NCBI GenBank assembly: GCA_965207445.1
Contig: CBDBLX010000002.1
Location: 832,001-896,000 of the forward strand
Direction of reading: 5' to 3'
Length of the DNA: 64,000 nucleotides
Origin: Nitrosopumilus sp.
GTDB taxonomy: Archaea > Thermoproteota > Nitrososphaeria > Nitrososphaerales > Nitrosopumilaceae
Of this stretch, positions 11,463-21,885 are shown in pieces (position 1 is the first letter of the stretch; each line of letters opens with the position of its first letter). Both the position numbers and the translations under genes were made by a program. The notes beneath the pieces were generated by a model. The model was not told the origin of the DNA. It made no database searches and saw only the letters and a list, made by a program, of their open reading frames with translations.

Positions 11463-12923
11463 CTATGCCACTTTATACTCGTCCCATCTACCATCTACCA
11501 CATCGCGCGTAGCATCGTCTACTTTTACTGGTATCTGAACCTCGCGCACATATCCTTCTTCTTCTGTTTTTTGTGTAGCGTCTATTCCCATCTTTGATCC
11601 CAAGTTCACAATTCTTGATGCGGGGTCAAGTGTATCTGTGGGCGTATCTCTTATTATTGTAGTGTCGTGTGCAGGATCTGCTCTTGTAGTTATGGCCCAT
11701 ATCACTTGATTAATGTCGTGTACATTAACATCTGAATCAACTACTATTATCATCTTTGTTAATGCTAGTTGTCCTGTACCCCAAAGTCCCATCATTACTT
11801 TTTTTGCCTGTCCAGGATAGCGTTTTTTTATCGATACTATGGCAATTCCCTGAAACCATCCTGCTGGAGGCATAGAAAAGTCTACAACCTCTGGGTGAAA
11901 CATCTGGATGAGTGGTAAAAATGACTGTTCTATAACCTTGCCAATATGTGCATCTTCCAATATTGGTTTACCTACAACAGTTGTCAGGTATATGGGGTCT
12001 TTGCGTGTCATTACACCTGTTATTGTAAATGTTGGATATTGCTCTACTGGGGTATAATATCCTGTGTGGTCCCCAAATGGTCCCTCATCTCTCAAATCTG
12101 TTGGGTCTACATATCCTTCAATTACGATCTCTGCATTTGCTGGCACATCCAAATCTATGGTGCGACATTTTACAGTTTCAATACCTTTACCACTTCTTAC
12201 AATTCCTGAAAATAGATACTTGTCCATTCCTTCTGGTACTGGCGCTACTGCTGAAAATATTGTTGCAGGCTCACCCCCAATTACTATTGCAGCTGGTATC
12301 TTTTGACCTCTATCCTTATGTATGACTCCATGTGATGCACCGCGTTTGTGTTTTTGCCAGTGTATGATGCAATGTGTACTGTCAATTATCTGCATTCTGT
12401 ATACGCCAAGATTTCTCACCCCTGTGTCTGGATGGCGTGTGGCCAACATACCGAATGTTATGAATTTTCCTGCATCATGAGGCCATGACTTTGTTATTGG
12501 TATGTCATCAAATGTAATACTTTTCGCACTTGTCGATACAACGGCAGTCACAGGGCCTGACTCTTCTGGCTCTTTTGGAAATGCTGATGCCATCTTTGAG
12601 AGTTCTGGCAGACTCTTTAATTTACCAAATAATCCTGATGGGATTTTTATCTTTGTCATGTCTGCTATACGTCTTCCAATTTCAGCATAATCTTTCGTAT
12701 CTAATGCAATACTCATCCTATTCTCAGATCCGAACACATTGCCTAAAATGGGCATCTTGTATCCCTTTACATTTTCAAACAATATCGCTGGTCCATTATC
12801 ATATGTAACGCGACGTAATATCTCTGCAATTTCCAAGTCAGTATCTACTTGCACTGATACGCGTTTGATCTCCTTGTGCTGCTCTAATATGTCTATGAGT
12901 TGACTTAATCCATCTATTGCCAT
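11463..12923 (-). CDS. ubiD: UbiD-family decarboxylase (menaquinone biosynthesis)
   Basis: GPAILFENV, NLGVYRMQ, EGPFGDHTGYY, TDTLDPAS, GSKMGIDAT. Confidence 0.95.
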   Translation of the reverse strand: MAIDGLSQLIDILEQHKEIKRVSVQVDTDLEIAEILRRVTYDNGPAILFENVKGYKMPILGNVFGSENRMSIALDTKDYAEIGRRIADMTKIKIPSGLFGKLKSLPELSKMASAFPKEPEESGPVTAVVSTSAKSITFDDIPITKSWPHDAGKFITFGMLATRHPDTGVRNLGVYRMQIIDSTHCIIHWQKHKRGASHGVIHKDRGQKIPAAIVIGGEPATIFSAVAPVPEGMDKYLFSGIVRSGKGIETVKCRTIDLDVPANAEIVIEGYVDPTDLRDEGPFGDHTGYYTPVEQYPTFTITGVMTRKDPIYLTTVVGKPILEDAHIGKVIEQSFLPLIQMFHPEVVDFSMPPAGWFQGIAIVSIKKRYPGQAKKVMMGLWGTGQLALTKMIIVVDSDVNVHDINQVIWAITTRADPAHDTTIIRDTPTDTLDPASRIVNLGSKMGIDATQKTEEEGYVREVQIPVKVDDATRDVVDGRWDEYKVA

Positions 12924-13609
12924 ATTGTACTTGTGTATGTGCCATGTATATGGATATGCACTGTGATGTTGGCGTGTAGTTAGTGCTTAGATCATAAACT
13001 TGGCTCATAACGATAACTAATTGTAATTTTTGTATGCAGAGTAGACGATAATCACAATTGCAACAAATTTGTTTCAGTTACCAGAAAATATAATCAAAAA
13101 TCTACACGTGTAATATATGATACGGATAGATATGTAGAATATCATAAAAATATAATCGTCATATATTACATACCGTACCTACTAATCTAATACACTTACA
13201 TCTCAGATTACACACATTCAAAAATAAACACACCTCAAAAATATTTGACATTTCCTATTCCTGTCAAGTTCAATCGTTATTAATAATTTAAAAATATGAT
13301 ACTATTAAATTAAAGTTTTATATAATTATTTTTATGTATATTGATTTGATTAAATAATTAATTAAATAACTATAATTTCATAAAATATTGTATAATTAAG
13401 TATGTAAAATGATTATAAACCATTAAAAATTTATTATTCATTTAATGAAATTATTACGCATGAATTCTTGTTTCAAAATCTTGTTCTTTTGAGTGGACTC
13501 TATTTTATACAACACATTATATTGCACACGTTTAATTTTTTAGATTTTATTTTTTTGCAATCACGTTCTCTTTGATTAGATATTTTTACTAGTTTTATTG
13601 AAACATGTT

Positions 13610-13858
13610 ATGGAAATTGAAGATCACAACTCTGATAAAAAATGCCCTGTATGTCGTGGTGAGGGTACGATAAAGTTACTTGATACACAATGTACTTTTT
13701 GTAATGGAACTGGTGAGTATACTATGTCTGCCGAATCATATATGAAGACACATATATGTCAGTGTGTTCTTTTGGATAGAAAGACATGTCCATTGTGTGG
13801 TAAGAAATGTCATCATGACACTCCTAACAAACCAAAAATATTGCTCAGCCCAAGCTAA
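13610..13858 (+). CDS. Small Cys-rich zinc-finger protein (DnaJ-type CxxCxGxG motifs)
   Basis: CPVCRGEG, CTFCNGTG, CQC, CPLCGKKCHH; ATG at 13610. Confidence 0.8.
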   Translation: MEIEDHNSDKKCPVCRGEGTIKLLDTQCTFCNGTGEYTMSAESYMKTHICQCVLLDRKTCPLCGKKCHHDTPNKPKILLSPS

Positions 13859-14062
13859 TTATTTTATGTGTTTACACATTTTTATCTTGTTGTTCTTTAG
13901 ATTGTGGTGCAATAATGTGCTTTGATATGTGTTGACCACATTCTAAAAATATTGTTGTAATTACATTATGTGGCAAGGCTTTGCCTTGTAAGTATTATTC
14001 AGAACTGATTGGAATTGCATATTGTATTTAATGTAGTATATATTCATATAAATTTATTATAA

Positions 14063-14455
14063 TTATAATGGTGGCAATTCTGTTTTTTTGTCGTATCCAC
14101 CAGAGCCGAATTTACAATAAAAACAGAGATCTGATTCCATGTATTTTAATTGCTCTACTTGAATGGCTCCTAACTTTAATGCAAGTTTTGTTAATATTTT
14201 GTATTTTAATGGCATGCCTGGTATTACTTCTTCGTAGTATACTCGATAGTGTTCAGGACAGAACCGAAGTTTCAATCGTGCTGGATCATTACCCTTATTT
14301 TGTTCATTTACTTGTTTCGTGTATCTAATCTGTTCACGTATGTATTCGTGTTTTGGACATGGACAATCTTTACCTCCCGGATGCTTGTATGCCGGCGTAT
14401 TCTTCCAATCAAATCCTGGGTATTCACCCTCAAAATCATCCATATTATTCTTCAT
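14063..14455 (-). CDS. Hypothetical protein, possibly metal-binding
   Basis: 130-aa ORF with CPCPKH, CPEH and CFYC motifs. Confidence 0.7.
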   Translation of the reverse strand: MKNNMDDFEGEYPGFDWKNTPAYKHPGGKDCPCPKHEYIREQIRYTKQVNEQNKGNDPARLKLRFCPEHYRVYYEEVIPGMPLKYKILTKLALKLGAIQVEQLKYMESDLCFYCKFGSGGYDKKTELPPL

Positions 14456-14692
14456 TGTGTTTGGCTTATTAAAGTATATAAAGCTTGATCGAAAATTAGT
14501 AAAATGATATAATCCTCAATGTGCACGTTATAAACTAAAGTAGTATATGTGAATATAATTACAGTGAAATTTTGCTTGTGAGATCATAAGAGATGATTAA
14601 TTCACTATATGTTGTATTGATGTATACATGTTTTCAATTTTTGTATGTTTGAGATCAAAATATAGATAAACCCCACTTTCTGTATCTCGTCA

Positions 14693-15550
14693 ATGGCAAC
14701 TAGCAAAAAGATGACAAAAAAAGATCTTGAAGACAAGATTACTGAACTAGAATCAAAAATTGATCTTCTTGTCGCTGAGATAGGAAAAAATGTCACATCT
14801 GAGCAAAATACTGGAAAATCTTTGTCAACTACACCATCTACAAAACCCAAAGGAACACTTCCAAAAGGTTTTGAGGAAAAGAAACCAGAGCCAAAGAAAC
14901 CAGCGCCTCAACCTAAAAAAACTACAAAACCCAAAGGAACACTTCCAAAAGGTTTTGAGGAAAAGAAACCAGAGCCAAAGAAACCAGAGCCTCAACCTAA
15001 AAAAACTACAAAACCCAAAGGAACACTTCCAAAAGGTTTTGAGGAAAAGAAACCAGAGCCAAAGAAACCAGAGCCTCAACCTAAAAAAACTACAAAACCC
15101 AAAGGAACACTTCCAAAAGGTTTTGAGGAAAAGAAACCAGAGCCAAAGAAACCCGAGCCTGCAAAGACGAGCTCACAACCTCCTGCAACAATCGAGTCTG
15201 CACTTGAAGATGCATACTACAACGCCCCTCAGACTGACTTTCACAAATACCGTGCTACCGTTACAGGATACACTCCTGCACCAAACCGGTATCATGTACG
15301 ATTGACGGCGCCTGTAGGTACAGTTCCAACTGCAAATTGGAATGACCAAAAGGTAAAGGTTACGGGCTATACACAACCATCAAACCAATACTTTGCAACA
15401 CGACAGAGACTCGCATATCACCCTCCTGAGAAACGATTTCGGAGTTTCAGTGGAGTTAATATGCATGTTGATGGCAATCTTGAAACTGTAGAACCGCTCG
15501 TGGAGACAACAACCAAAAAACCCAAAGGAACACTTCCCAAAGGATTCTAG
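14693..15550 (+). CDS. Lys/Pro-rich repeat protein with PKGTLPKGF motifs (paralogue 1)
   Basis: N-terminal coiled coil, four 29-aa (87-bp) repeats, a VTGY-containing core, and a C-terminal KKPKGTLPKGF. Confidence 0.85.
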   Translation: MATSKKMTKKDLEDKITELESKIDLLVAEIGKNVTSEQNTGKSLSTTPSTKPKGTLPKGFEEKKPEPKKPAPQPKKTTKPKGTLPKGFEEKKPEPKKPEPQPKKTTKPKGTLPKGFEEKKPEPKKPEPQPKKTTKPKGTLPKGFEEKKPEPKKPEPAKTSSQPPATIESALEDAYYNAPQTDFHKYRATVTGYTPAPNRYHVRLTAPVGTVPTANWNDQKVKVTGYTQPSNQYFATRQRLAYHPPEKRFRSFSGVNMHVDGNLETVEPLVETTTKKPKGTLPKGF

Positions 15551-16275
15551 GACTGTTTCTGTATTTTTCTATTTTTAATTATTTGTGTTTATTACACGTT
15601 GGTCCTTGTGTATACTCTATATTCTAAATGACGTATTAAATTTTTATTTATATATTTATATGAATAATTTTTTTATAATATATGTAGCATATATTATAAA
15701 ATATTAATTGGACAATTTCTATTGATCGTGTAAACACACAATCTACAGCGACGCTTGCTATCTCTTTTAATCTTACCATATTCAAATGGTACATGTCGCT
15801 GTATGTATTGGCTTTAATGTATGACATGTCAATCTATAAAGACATATATTTATCTATTCAAATAATTGTATTATTTATATCCAAATATTGTTGCAATATT
15901 GAGTGGCATAATATATAATCATATTTATGTATAATAAAGGTCACGTTTTACAATGTTTTTTGTAATTGTACGTATCTATTTGTCTTAATTTTTATAAATA
16001 AACTATGACATCTGCATTTAATAATTATATACTTTGTTACATTGATTGCAACTTGTTAATTTTTGGTACTTGTAGATATATGGTCATGCTTAATTAATGG
16101 GGCGAAGCGGCATGTTGTTATAATTTTTAATCACAAATTTCAAAGTATTTTGCATCTGTTTTAGGTTTTAAAATGTCATTATATTTCACGTTTTAGTATT
16201 ATTTTTTATAAAATTTAGAATACTGGACACGACACAAACAAAATGTAAATAAAGATCATTGATTGATTAAAATAA

Positions 16276-17409
16276 ATGGCAAAAACCAGTACGTCTACAA
16301 AGACTAAACGTGCTACGACTTCACGTAATACCAAAAAAGATTTGGAGGCAAAGATTGCAGAGCTAGAGGCAAAACTGGCTGGACTCTCTGAACAGTTGGA
16401 GATGAAGCCTGAAACTGTAAAACCTTCTAGTGATAAACCAAAGTCTGATGTCAAAGAACCCGAAACTACCAAATCAAAACCCAAAGGAACACTTCCAAAA
16501 GGTTTTGAGGAAAAGAAACCAGAGCCAAAGAAACCAGAGCCTCAACCTAAAAAAACCACAAAACCCAAAGGAACACTTCCAAAAGGTTTTGAGGAAAAGA
16601 AACCAGAGCCAAAGAAACCAGAGCCTCAACCTAAAAAAACCACAAAACCCAAAGGAACACTTCCAAAAGGTTTTGAGGAAAAGAAACCAGAGCCAAAGAA
16701 ACCAGAGCCTCAACCTAAAAAAACCACAAAACCCAAAGGAACACTTCCAAAAGGTTTTGAGGAAAAGAAACCAGAGCCAAAGAAACCAGAGCCTGCAAAG
16801 ACGAGCTCACAACCTCCTGCAACAATCGAGTCTGCACTTGAAGATGCATACTACAACGCCCCTCAGACTGACTTTCACAAATACCGTGCTACCGTTACAG
16901 GATACACTCCTGCACCAAACCGGTATTATGTACGATTGACGGCGCCTGTAGGTACAGTTCCAACTGCAAATTGGAATGATCAAAAGGTAAAGGTTACGGG
17001 CTATACACAACCATCAAACCAATACTTTGCAACACGACAGAGACTCGCATACCATCCTCCTGAGAAACGATTTCGGAGTTTCAGTGGAATTGATATGAGC
17101 GTCAAAGGTATAACAACTTCCGCTTCTTCATCTAATACTGAGAAGCAGACTGCTCCACCTCCACCTCCACCTCCACCCAAATCATCATCACAGAATAATG
17201 ATGACAAGTCTAACAAGCAGACACTAGCGGAATATGAAGCGGAGTATCTGGAACGACTATCTCGTAAAGAATCAGAGGACAAAGCCAAAGCAACGCAAGT
17301 AGAATCCACAACAACAAGTAAAATTCGTGGCACACTTCCTAAAGGATTTAAGCCTATACCAAAAGAACCTCCAAAGAAACCTAGAGGAACACTGCCAAAA
17401 GGCTTTTAA
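16276..17409 (+). CDS. Lys/Pro-rich repeat protein with PKGTLPKGF motifs (paralogue 2)
   Basis: Same architecture as paralogue 1 plus a poly-Pro tract; 16475-17088 is nearly identical to 14841-15454. Confidence 0.85.
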   Translation: MAKTSTSTKTKRATTSRNTKKDLEAKIAELEAKLAGLSEQLEMKPETVKPSSDKPKSDVKEPETTKSKPKGTLPKGFEEKKPEPKKPEPQPKKTTKPKGTLPKGFEEKKPEPKKPEPQPKKTTKPKGTLPKGFEEKKPEPKKPEPQPKKTTKPKGTLPKGFEEKKPEPKKPEPAKTSSQPPATIESALEDAYYNAPQTDFHKYRATVTGYTPAPNRYYVRLTAPVGTVPTANWNDQKVKVTGYTQPSNQYFATRQRLAYHPPEKRFRSFSGIDMSVKGITTSASSSNTEKQTAPPPPPPPPKSSSQNNDDKSNKQTLAEYEAEYLERLSRKESEDKAKATQVESTTTSKIRGTLPKGFKPIPKEPPKKPRGTLPKGF

Positions 17410-17442
17410 AAATACCCCCTTTTATTTGTCTTTTATTTTATT

Positions 17443-17907
17443 TTATTTTATAGATTCAAAATCTTTTAACACTTTCATAGCATGTCCTGCTGGTTTTACA
17501 TTGCGGTATGTCTTGAATATGACTCCTTTCTCATTTACTAGAAATGTACTACGTTTCACACCTGTGTATTCACGCCCCATAAACACTTTCTTTCCCCATA
17601 CATCAAATGCCTTTGAAACTATTTTCTCTTCATCTGATAATAATATGTATGGTATGTTTATTTTTTTGCAGAATTTGTCATGTGACTCAACGTTGTCTGG
17701 ACTAATTCCGATTACCTCTACGTTATTTTTCTTGAACTCTTTGTACATTTTTGAAAACTCGTCTGCTTGAGTGGTACATCCTGGTGTAAAGTCTTTTGGA
17801 TAAAAATATAATATGTATTTTTTACCTTGATAATCTTTTGACTGTACTGTGTTCCCCGATGCATCTTGTAACTTAAAGTTCGGAACAGTGTCACCTTCTG
17901 ATATCAT
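17443..17907 (-). CDS. bcp: Peroxiredoxin BCP/PrxQ
   Basis: LYFYPKDFTPGCT, GISPD, RSTFLV. Confidence 0.95.
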   Translation of the reverse strand: MISEGDTVPNFKLQDASGNTVQSKDYQGKKYILYFYPKDFTPGCTTQADEFSKMYKEFKKNNVEVIGISPDNVESHDKFCKKINIPYILLSDEEKIVSKAFDVWGKKVFMGREYTGVKRSTFLVNEKGVIFKTYRNVKPAGHAMKVLKDFESIK

Positions 17908-18044
17908 TATTATAATTGCAAATCTTATTTGTTTTATTCTTTTTGAACTAGTAGTGGTAAGTTGAATTATTGATGGTGCTTTTGATAATTTATACTCTGT
18001 TTAATTACTGATCTGATTACACATATTCTGAATTACTGCGAATC

Positions 18045-18050
18045 TTTATA
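18045..18050 (+). promoter_or_regulatory. Archaeal TATA box of the aquaporin gene (leaderless-type spacing)
   Basis: TTTATA centred about 26 nt upstream of the ATG at 18074. Confidence 0.55.
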
Positions 18051-18073
18051 TCTAAATTCATAGGCGTTGTGAT

Positions 18074-18787
18074 ATGGCAAATCCCCGTGCATACCTTGCA
18101 GAGGCAATAGCAACATACGGACTCGTGTTCTTTGGACCTCTTTCAGTCATTTTGGCAATTGCCTCGTTTGGTGAAGAACTAACCACTCAATCTGTACTGT
18201 TTATATCTCTGGGACATGGTGGCGCTATTGCACTTATGATATATGCATTCGGTCACATATCTGGGGCACACATAAACCCAGCTGTTACTATTCCTATGAT
18301 GATTACAAAAAAAATAGGTATTACAGATGGAATTGCTTACATTGCATCTCAGCTTGTTGGCGCCGTTGCCGCTGCTGCTACCTTGAAAGCAATATTGCCT
18401 GAATTGGGTGCAAAGGTGAACTTTGCCACACAGGGTGGACCAAGTGATTTGATAAATAATAGTATTGCCTCTGGATTTGTTATTGAAGCTATATTGACAT
18501 TCTTTTTGGTTACTGTGATATTTATGACAGCAGTACACAAGAGGGCATCTCCTGGATGGCATGGTTTTGCAATTGGTGGAATGGTATTTCTTATACATTT
18601 GATTGCAGTACCACTAACTGGTGCGTCTGTCAATCCTGCTAGAACGTTTGGGCCTGCTTTTATATCTGGATTTTGGGAATTTCACTGGTTATACTGGGCC
18701 GCTCCCATACTCGGTGGTATTATAGCTGGATTGATAATGAACTATGTGTTTGTCAAAAAGGCTGATGAGGAACAGATTGTCGATTGA
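18074..18787 (+). CDS. Aquaporin (MIP family)
   Basis: SGAHINPAVT and GASVNPARTFGP (two NPA motifs); six hydrophobic helices. Confidence 0.97.
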   Translation: MANPRAYLAEAIATYGLVFFGPLSVILAIASFGEELTTQSVLFISLGHGGAIALMIYAFGHISGAHINPAVTIPMMITKKIGITDGIAYIASQLVGAVAAAATLKAILPELGAKVNFATQGGPSDLINNSIASGFVIEAILTFFLVTVIFMTAVHKRASPGWHGFAIGGMVFLIHLIAVPLTGASVNPARTFGPAFISGFWEFHWLYWAAPILGGIIAGLIMNYVFVKKADEEQIVD

Positions 18788-19327
18788 GTAAAACTTGTAA
18801 AAACAAAGTCAAACAATACATGGTTAAAAATCAGTGTTAATTTTCCACAGATCGCCGTAATGTAAACTTGTATGTTTTATCATAATTGTGGTGTCCAAAA
18901 ACAAGTTCACTTTTTAATACTAATCGTGAGTGTTGATGTCTGGTTGTAATATTGTGTACTGGCTTGTATACGTGGTATCTGTGTATGATCATCTATGTGT
19001 GTGTTTTGCGTTCAAGGCTGCAACACGCTCTGTCTAGGGGAAGTGTGTGTATGAGTTGAAAAGGAGGAGATGAGCGGGGGAGGGGGGAAGGGGGAGGAGG
19101 AGATAAAGAGATGCACGGTTGTGTAGTACAAGATACTGTAAGATCATACGTATGCCGGGTATGGTGCGCGTTCATACTATAGAACATGTTGGCAGTCCGG
19201 ACTGGGTTAGGCGTGACAATATCTCTAATACATATTTTGTATGCACATTTCACGACAGTTATTTTGGTGTGATTGTTTATAATTTACAACTGTAGATTTT
19301 TAATGCGACAACATGATATGTGTTTTG

Positions 19328-19475
19328 GTGTGAACCAAGTTCATTGGATACAACAATGAAATACATACTTGTATTTGGTTATATTCCTATCTGTATATCG
19401 AATATCGTGCATGCGATACATTTGGCTAGGCGTTATTTTCGAATGATCATATCAATCATGGAAATTGGCTCACAC
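19328..19475 (-). mobile_element. MITE family B (148 bp)
   Basis: TIR GTGTGAACCAA...TTGGCTCACAC; 8-bp TSD GTGTTTTG (19320-19327 and 19476-19483). Confidence 0.85.
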
Positions 19476-19722
19476 GTGTTTTGTAGCCAGTACAGAAACT
19501 GTCTCATTTCTTTGCAGGCCGTCCATGACGGTCTCAATTGTCTTTGCATGCTCTCCATACTTTCAATGAGAGGCTTACAGTCCAGAGATAGAAATAGAGG
19601 TGGAATGGATGTACGTATGGCAAACATGAATGTTGTCATCACCTGATGACGATTAAATTTTACAATGGTCATATAATGTTTTATCTGGAATACAGTAATA
19701 CGGCACATTAATCTGCAAGAGC

Positions 19723-20244
19723 GTGCATGTGGAATGTATGGGGCAGTGTGTAGTGGTAGCGGCAGGCATCATTATATTATGCATGATTGGGGGCATGGCA
19801 GCAGGTGTGGTGATACATGAGGTAGGGCACTATGCGGCATGCAGGCATCTCGGATATGAGTCTGGAGGGATTACCATTATACTGCATAAATCCTCGCACA
19901 TGTGCATCTATGACAGATCAATTGAGTCGACTGTATTCTATGAAGACATGCACGTCGTGCGCGCGGCAGGCGGGGCTGTGGCTGTTGCTGTGTTTGGTGT
20001 GGCCGTTGCAGTCTTTTTGCTCGTGCAGACCCGCCTCCGTCCCGGATGCGGCTGCATATGCAGACGCGTACGCTTGTTTTTGCTTGCAGGACTTGTGTCG
20101 CAAATAATCAACTTGGTCATGGAGGCGGGCCTTGCCGCTACATGGTATAACGACTACACGCGTGCAGTAGGTGTACTACTCGGGGTAGTTATAGTACTGT
20201 TACTTGAGCGCCACCAGTTTCCAAAGAGTCACCTATCACATTAA
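19723..20244 (+). CDS. Small membrane protein with HExxH motif (M50-like metallopeptidase)
   Basis: VVIHEVGHYAAC, AAGG, and several hydrophobic segments. Confidence 0.6.
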   Translation: MHVECMGQCVVVAAGIIILCMIGGMAAGVVIHEVGHYAACRHLGYESGGITIILHKSSHMCIYDRSIESTVFYEDMHVVRAAGGAVAVAVFGVAVAVFLLVQTRLRPGCGCICRRVRLFLLAGLVSQIINLVMEAGLAATWYNDYTRAVGVLLGVVIVLLLERHQFPKSHLSH

Positions 20245-20587
20245 TATGAATCACAATCTACGGATAATGACAAAACTACACCCTCTACTAATATGGACAT
20301 CACAATGTAGGTGTTATGTGTCGGACTGTGCGTACTACAATCGAGGTGTGGAAAATCTGCGTCATACTGCTCATAGTGTATGAATAGTAACAGTAGTACA
20401 CTGGATCCGAATATTCATGGTTGTAATATTTTAATCTACAAACCATGCATATTATTATTATTATATTATTATCATAAACAACAACAAGTAAATTCACAGA
20501 GAGTGCCAAGGCATGCTTGTCAGATGTTTGCCCCCAAGAGATGCCTGTATACATTAATATAAATACGAGCATATCGTTGTATGTACA

Positions 20588-21427
20588 GTGAGCCATAGTT
20601 TAATTATATTTCTTCTCGTAGTTGTAACCCTCTCATCAGCCATTATCATGCACGAAGATGCGGCCGCCACAACCGATGTAGAGTTTACTGATGAAGAGAC
20701 ACGGTGGCTAGAGCAGAATCCCACTATAGTCATGGGATACAATCCAGACTGGGCCCCGTACGAGTATATTGACGAGGATGGCATACTTTCAGGCGTCTCA
20801 GCTGCAATTGCAGAACGCTTTGAGGAGATCTCAGGCGCGCAGTTTGTACAGGCAGATGGAATCGAGGTGTGGGATGACAACCTAATCGGCATAAGAAATG
20901 GCAGTATTGATGTGTTGTTTACCTCTTGGGCAGAGAGATCGCCTCAGCGTGAATCATTTATGGACTTTACAGAGACGTGGTATTACATACCCACTGATAT
21001 AATAGTAAAAAAATCTGATATTGGAAAGATAAATCCGGATAACTGGTACCAGTACAAGGTGGTTATTGCTACAGGATATTCTGTGGATGTGTGGTTGGAG
21101 GAGAACGCGCCAGAGCTTGTCTACATCACCGCCGACACACCCCTCGAGGCGCTTGAGATGGTCTCAGACGGTAGGGCAGATGTATACCTTGAACCGTGGG
21201 ATGGTGCAAACCACCGCGCCATTGCAAACGGAATAACTGGGTTAGCAGACGCGGGCCCACTGGGAGATAATTTTGAAGTCACAATAGGGTATGCAGAGGG
21301 TAATGTTGTCTTTGGATCCATCATGCAAAAAATGCTCGATGCACTAGAGGATGAAAAACAACAGATCATATCAGATGCAATCAATCGCAGCTTTGCAGCG
21401 CTCAGATCTATGCCGATGTGCAGGTAG
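20588..21427 (+). CDS. Secreted family-3 (PBP2) solute-binding domain protein
   Basis: Signal peptide, FTDEETRWLEQNP, WAPYEYIDEDG, GRADVY. Confidence 0.85.
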   Translation: MSHSLIIFLLVVVTLSSAIIMHEDAAATTDVEFTDEETRWLEQNPTIVMGYNPDWAPYEYIDEDGILSGVSAAIAERFEEISGAQFVQADGIEVWDDNLIGIRNGSIDVLFTSWAERSPQRESFMDFTETWYYIPTDIIVKKSDIGKINPDNWYQYKVVIATGYSVDVWLEENAPELVYITADTPLEALEMVSDGRADVYLEPWDGANHRAIANGITGLADAGPLGDNFEVTIGYAEGNVVFGSIMQKMLDALEDEKQQIISDAINRSFAALRSMPMCR

Positions 21428-21747
21428 ACAAAAAGAGGTTACGCGCTTAGACACCAAGAGTCCCACGAGGAACCACTACTCAGGAATATCTCATGTTACG
21501 GGTTGTTGCGATGTGTTGTTACTAGTGGATGAATGGATGAAGATGTGTGTGGAGTGGAAAGAACGAGGGGAAATGTATCAGTAGTGCGCATGCATTCTGC
21601 AACGTATCAACTCAAATCAAATCGGCAGTCACAAACGGTACCGGGACTTTGCTATGGTCGACAAAACAAAAGATATATTAAACTAAGTGCGCGCTTAATT
21701 TAATCCTAAAACGAAGAGCCCAAAGTAATCATGAATGGTGTGCGCGC

Positions 21748-21885
21748 ATGACCGTGGCGCAGACTGTCAGGTGCAAAGCCTGCAATGGCACAGGTGTGGC
21801 AATGATGGCAGATGGCAGGTGCAGAGAATCGTCCCGAATACGTTGCTGCGCAGAGAGGTGTCCAGGGCATGAGGTGCAGTTGTAG
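21748..21885 (+). pseudogene. IS1 InsA-like zinc-ribbon remnant
   Basis: MTVAQTVRCKACNGTGV...RIRCCAERC...VQL* resembles the InsA CxxC...RYRC pattern. Confidence 0.3.

Noticed and set aside
14841..16790. 87-bp repeats as a CRISPR array
   Set aside because: They are in-frame coding tandem repeats with no unique spacers.
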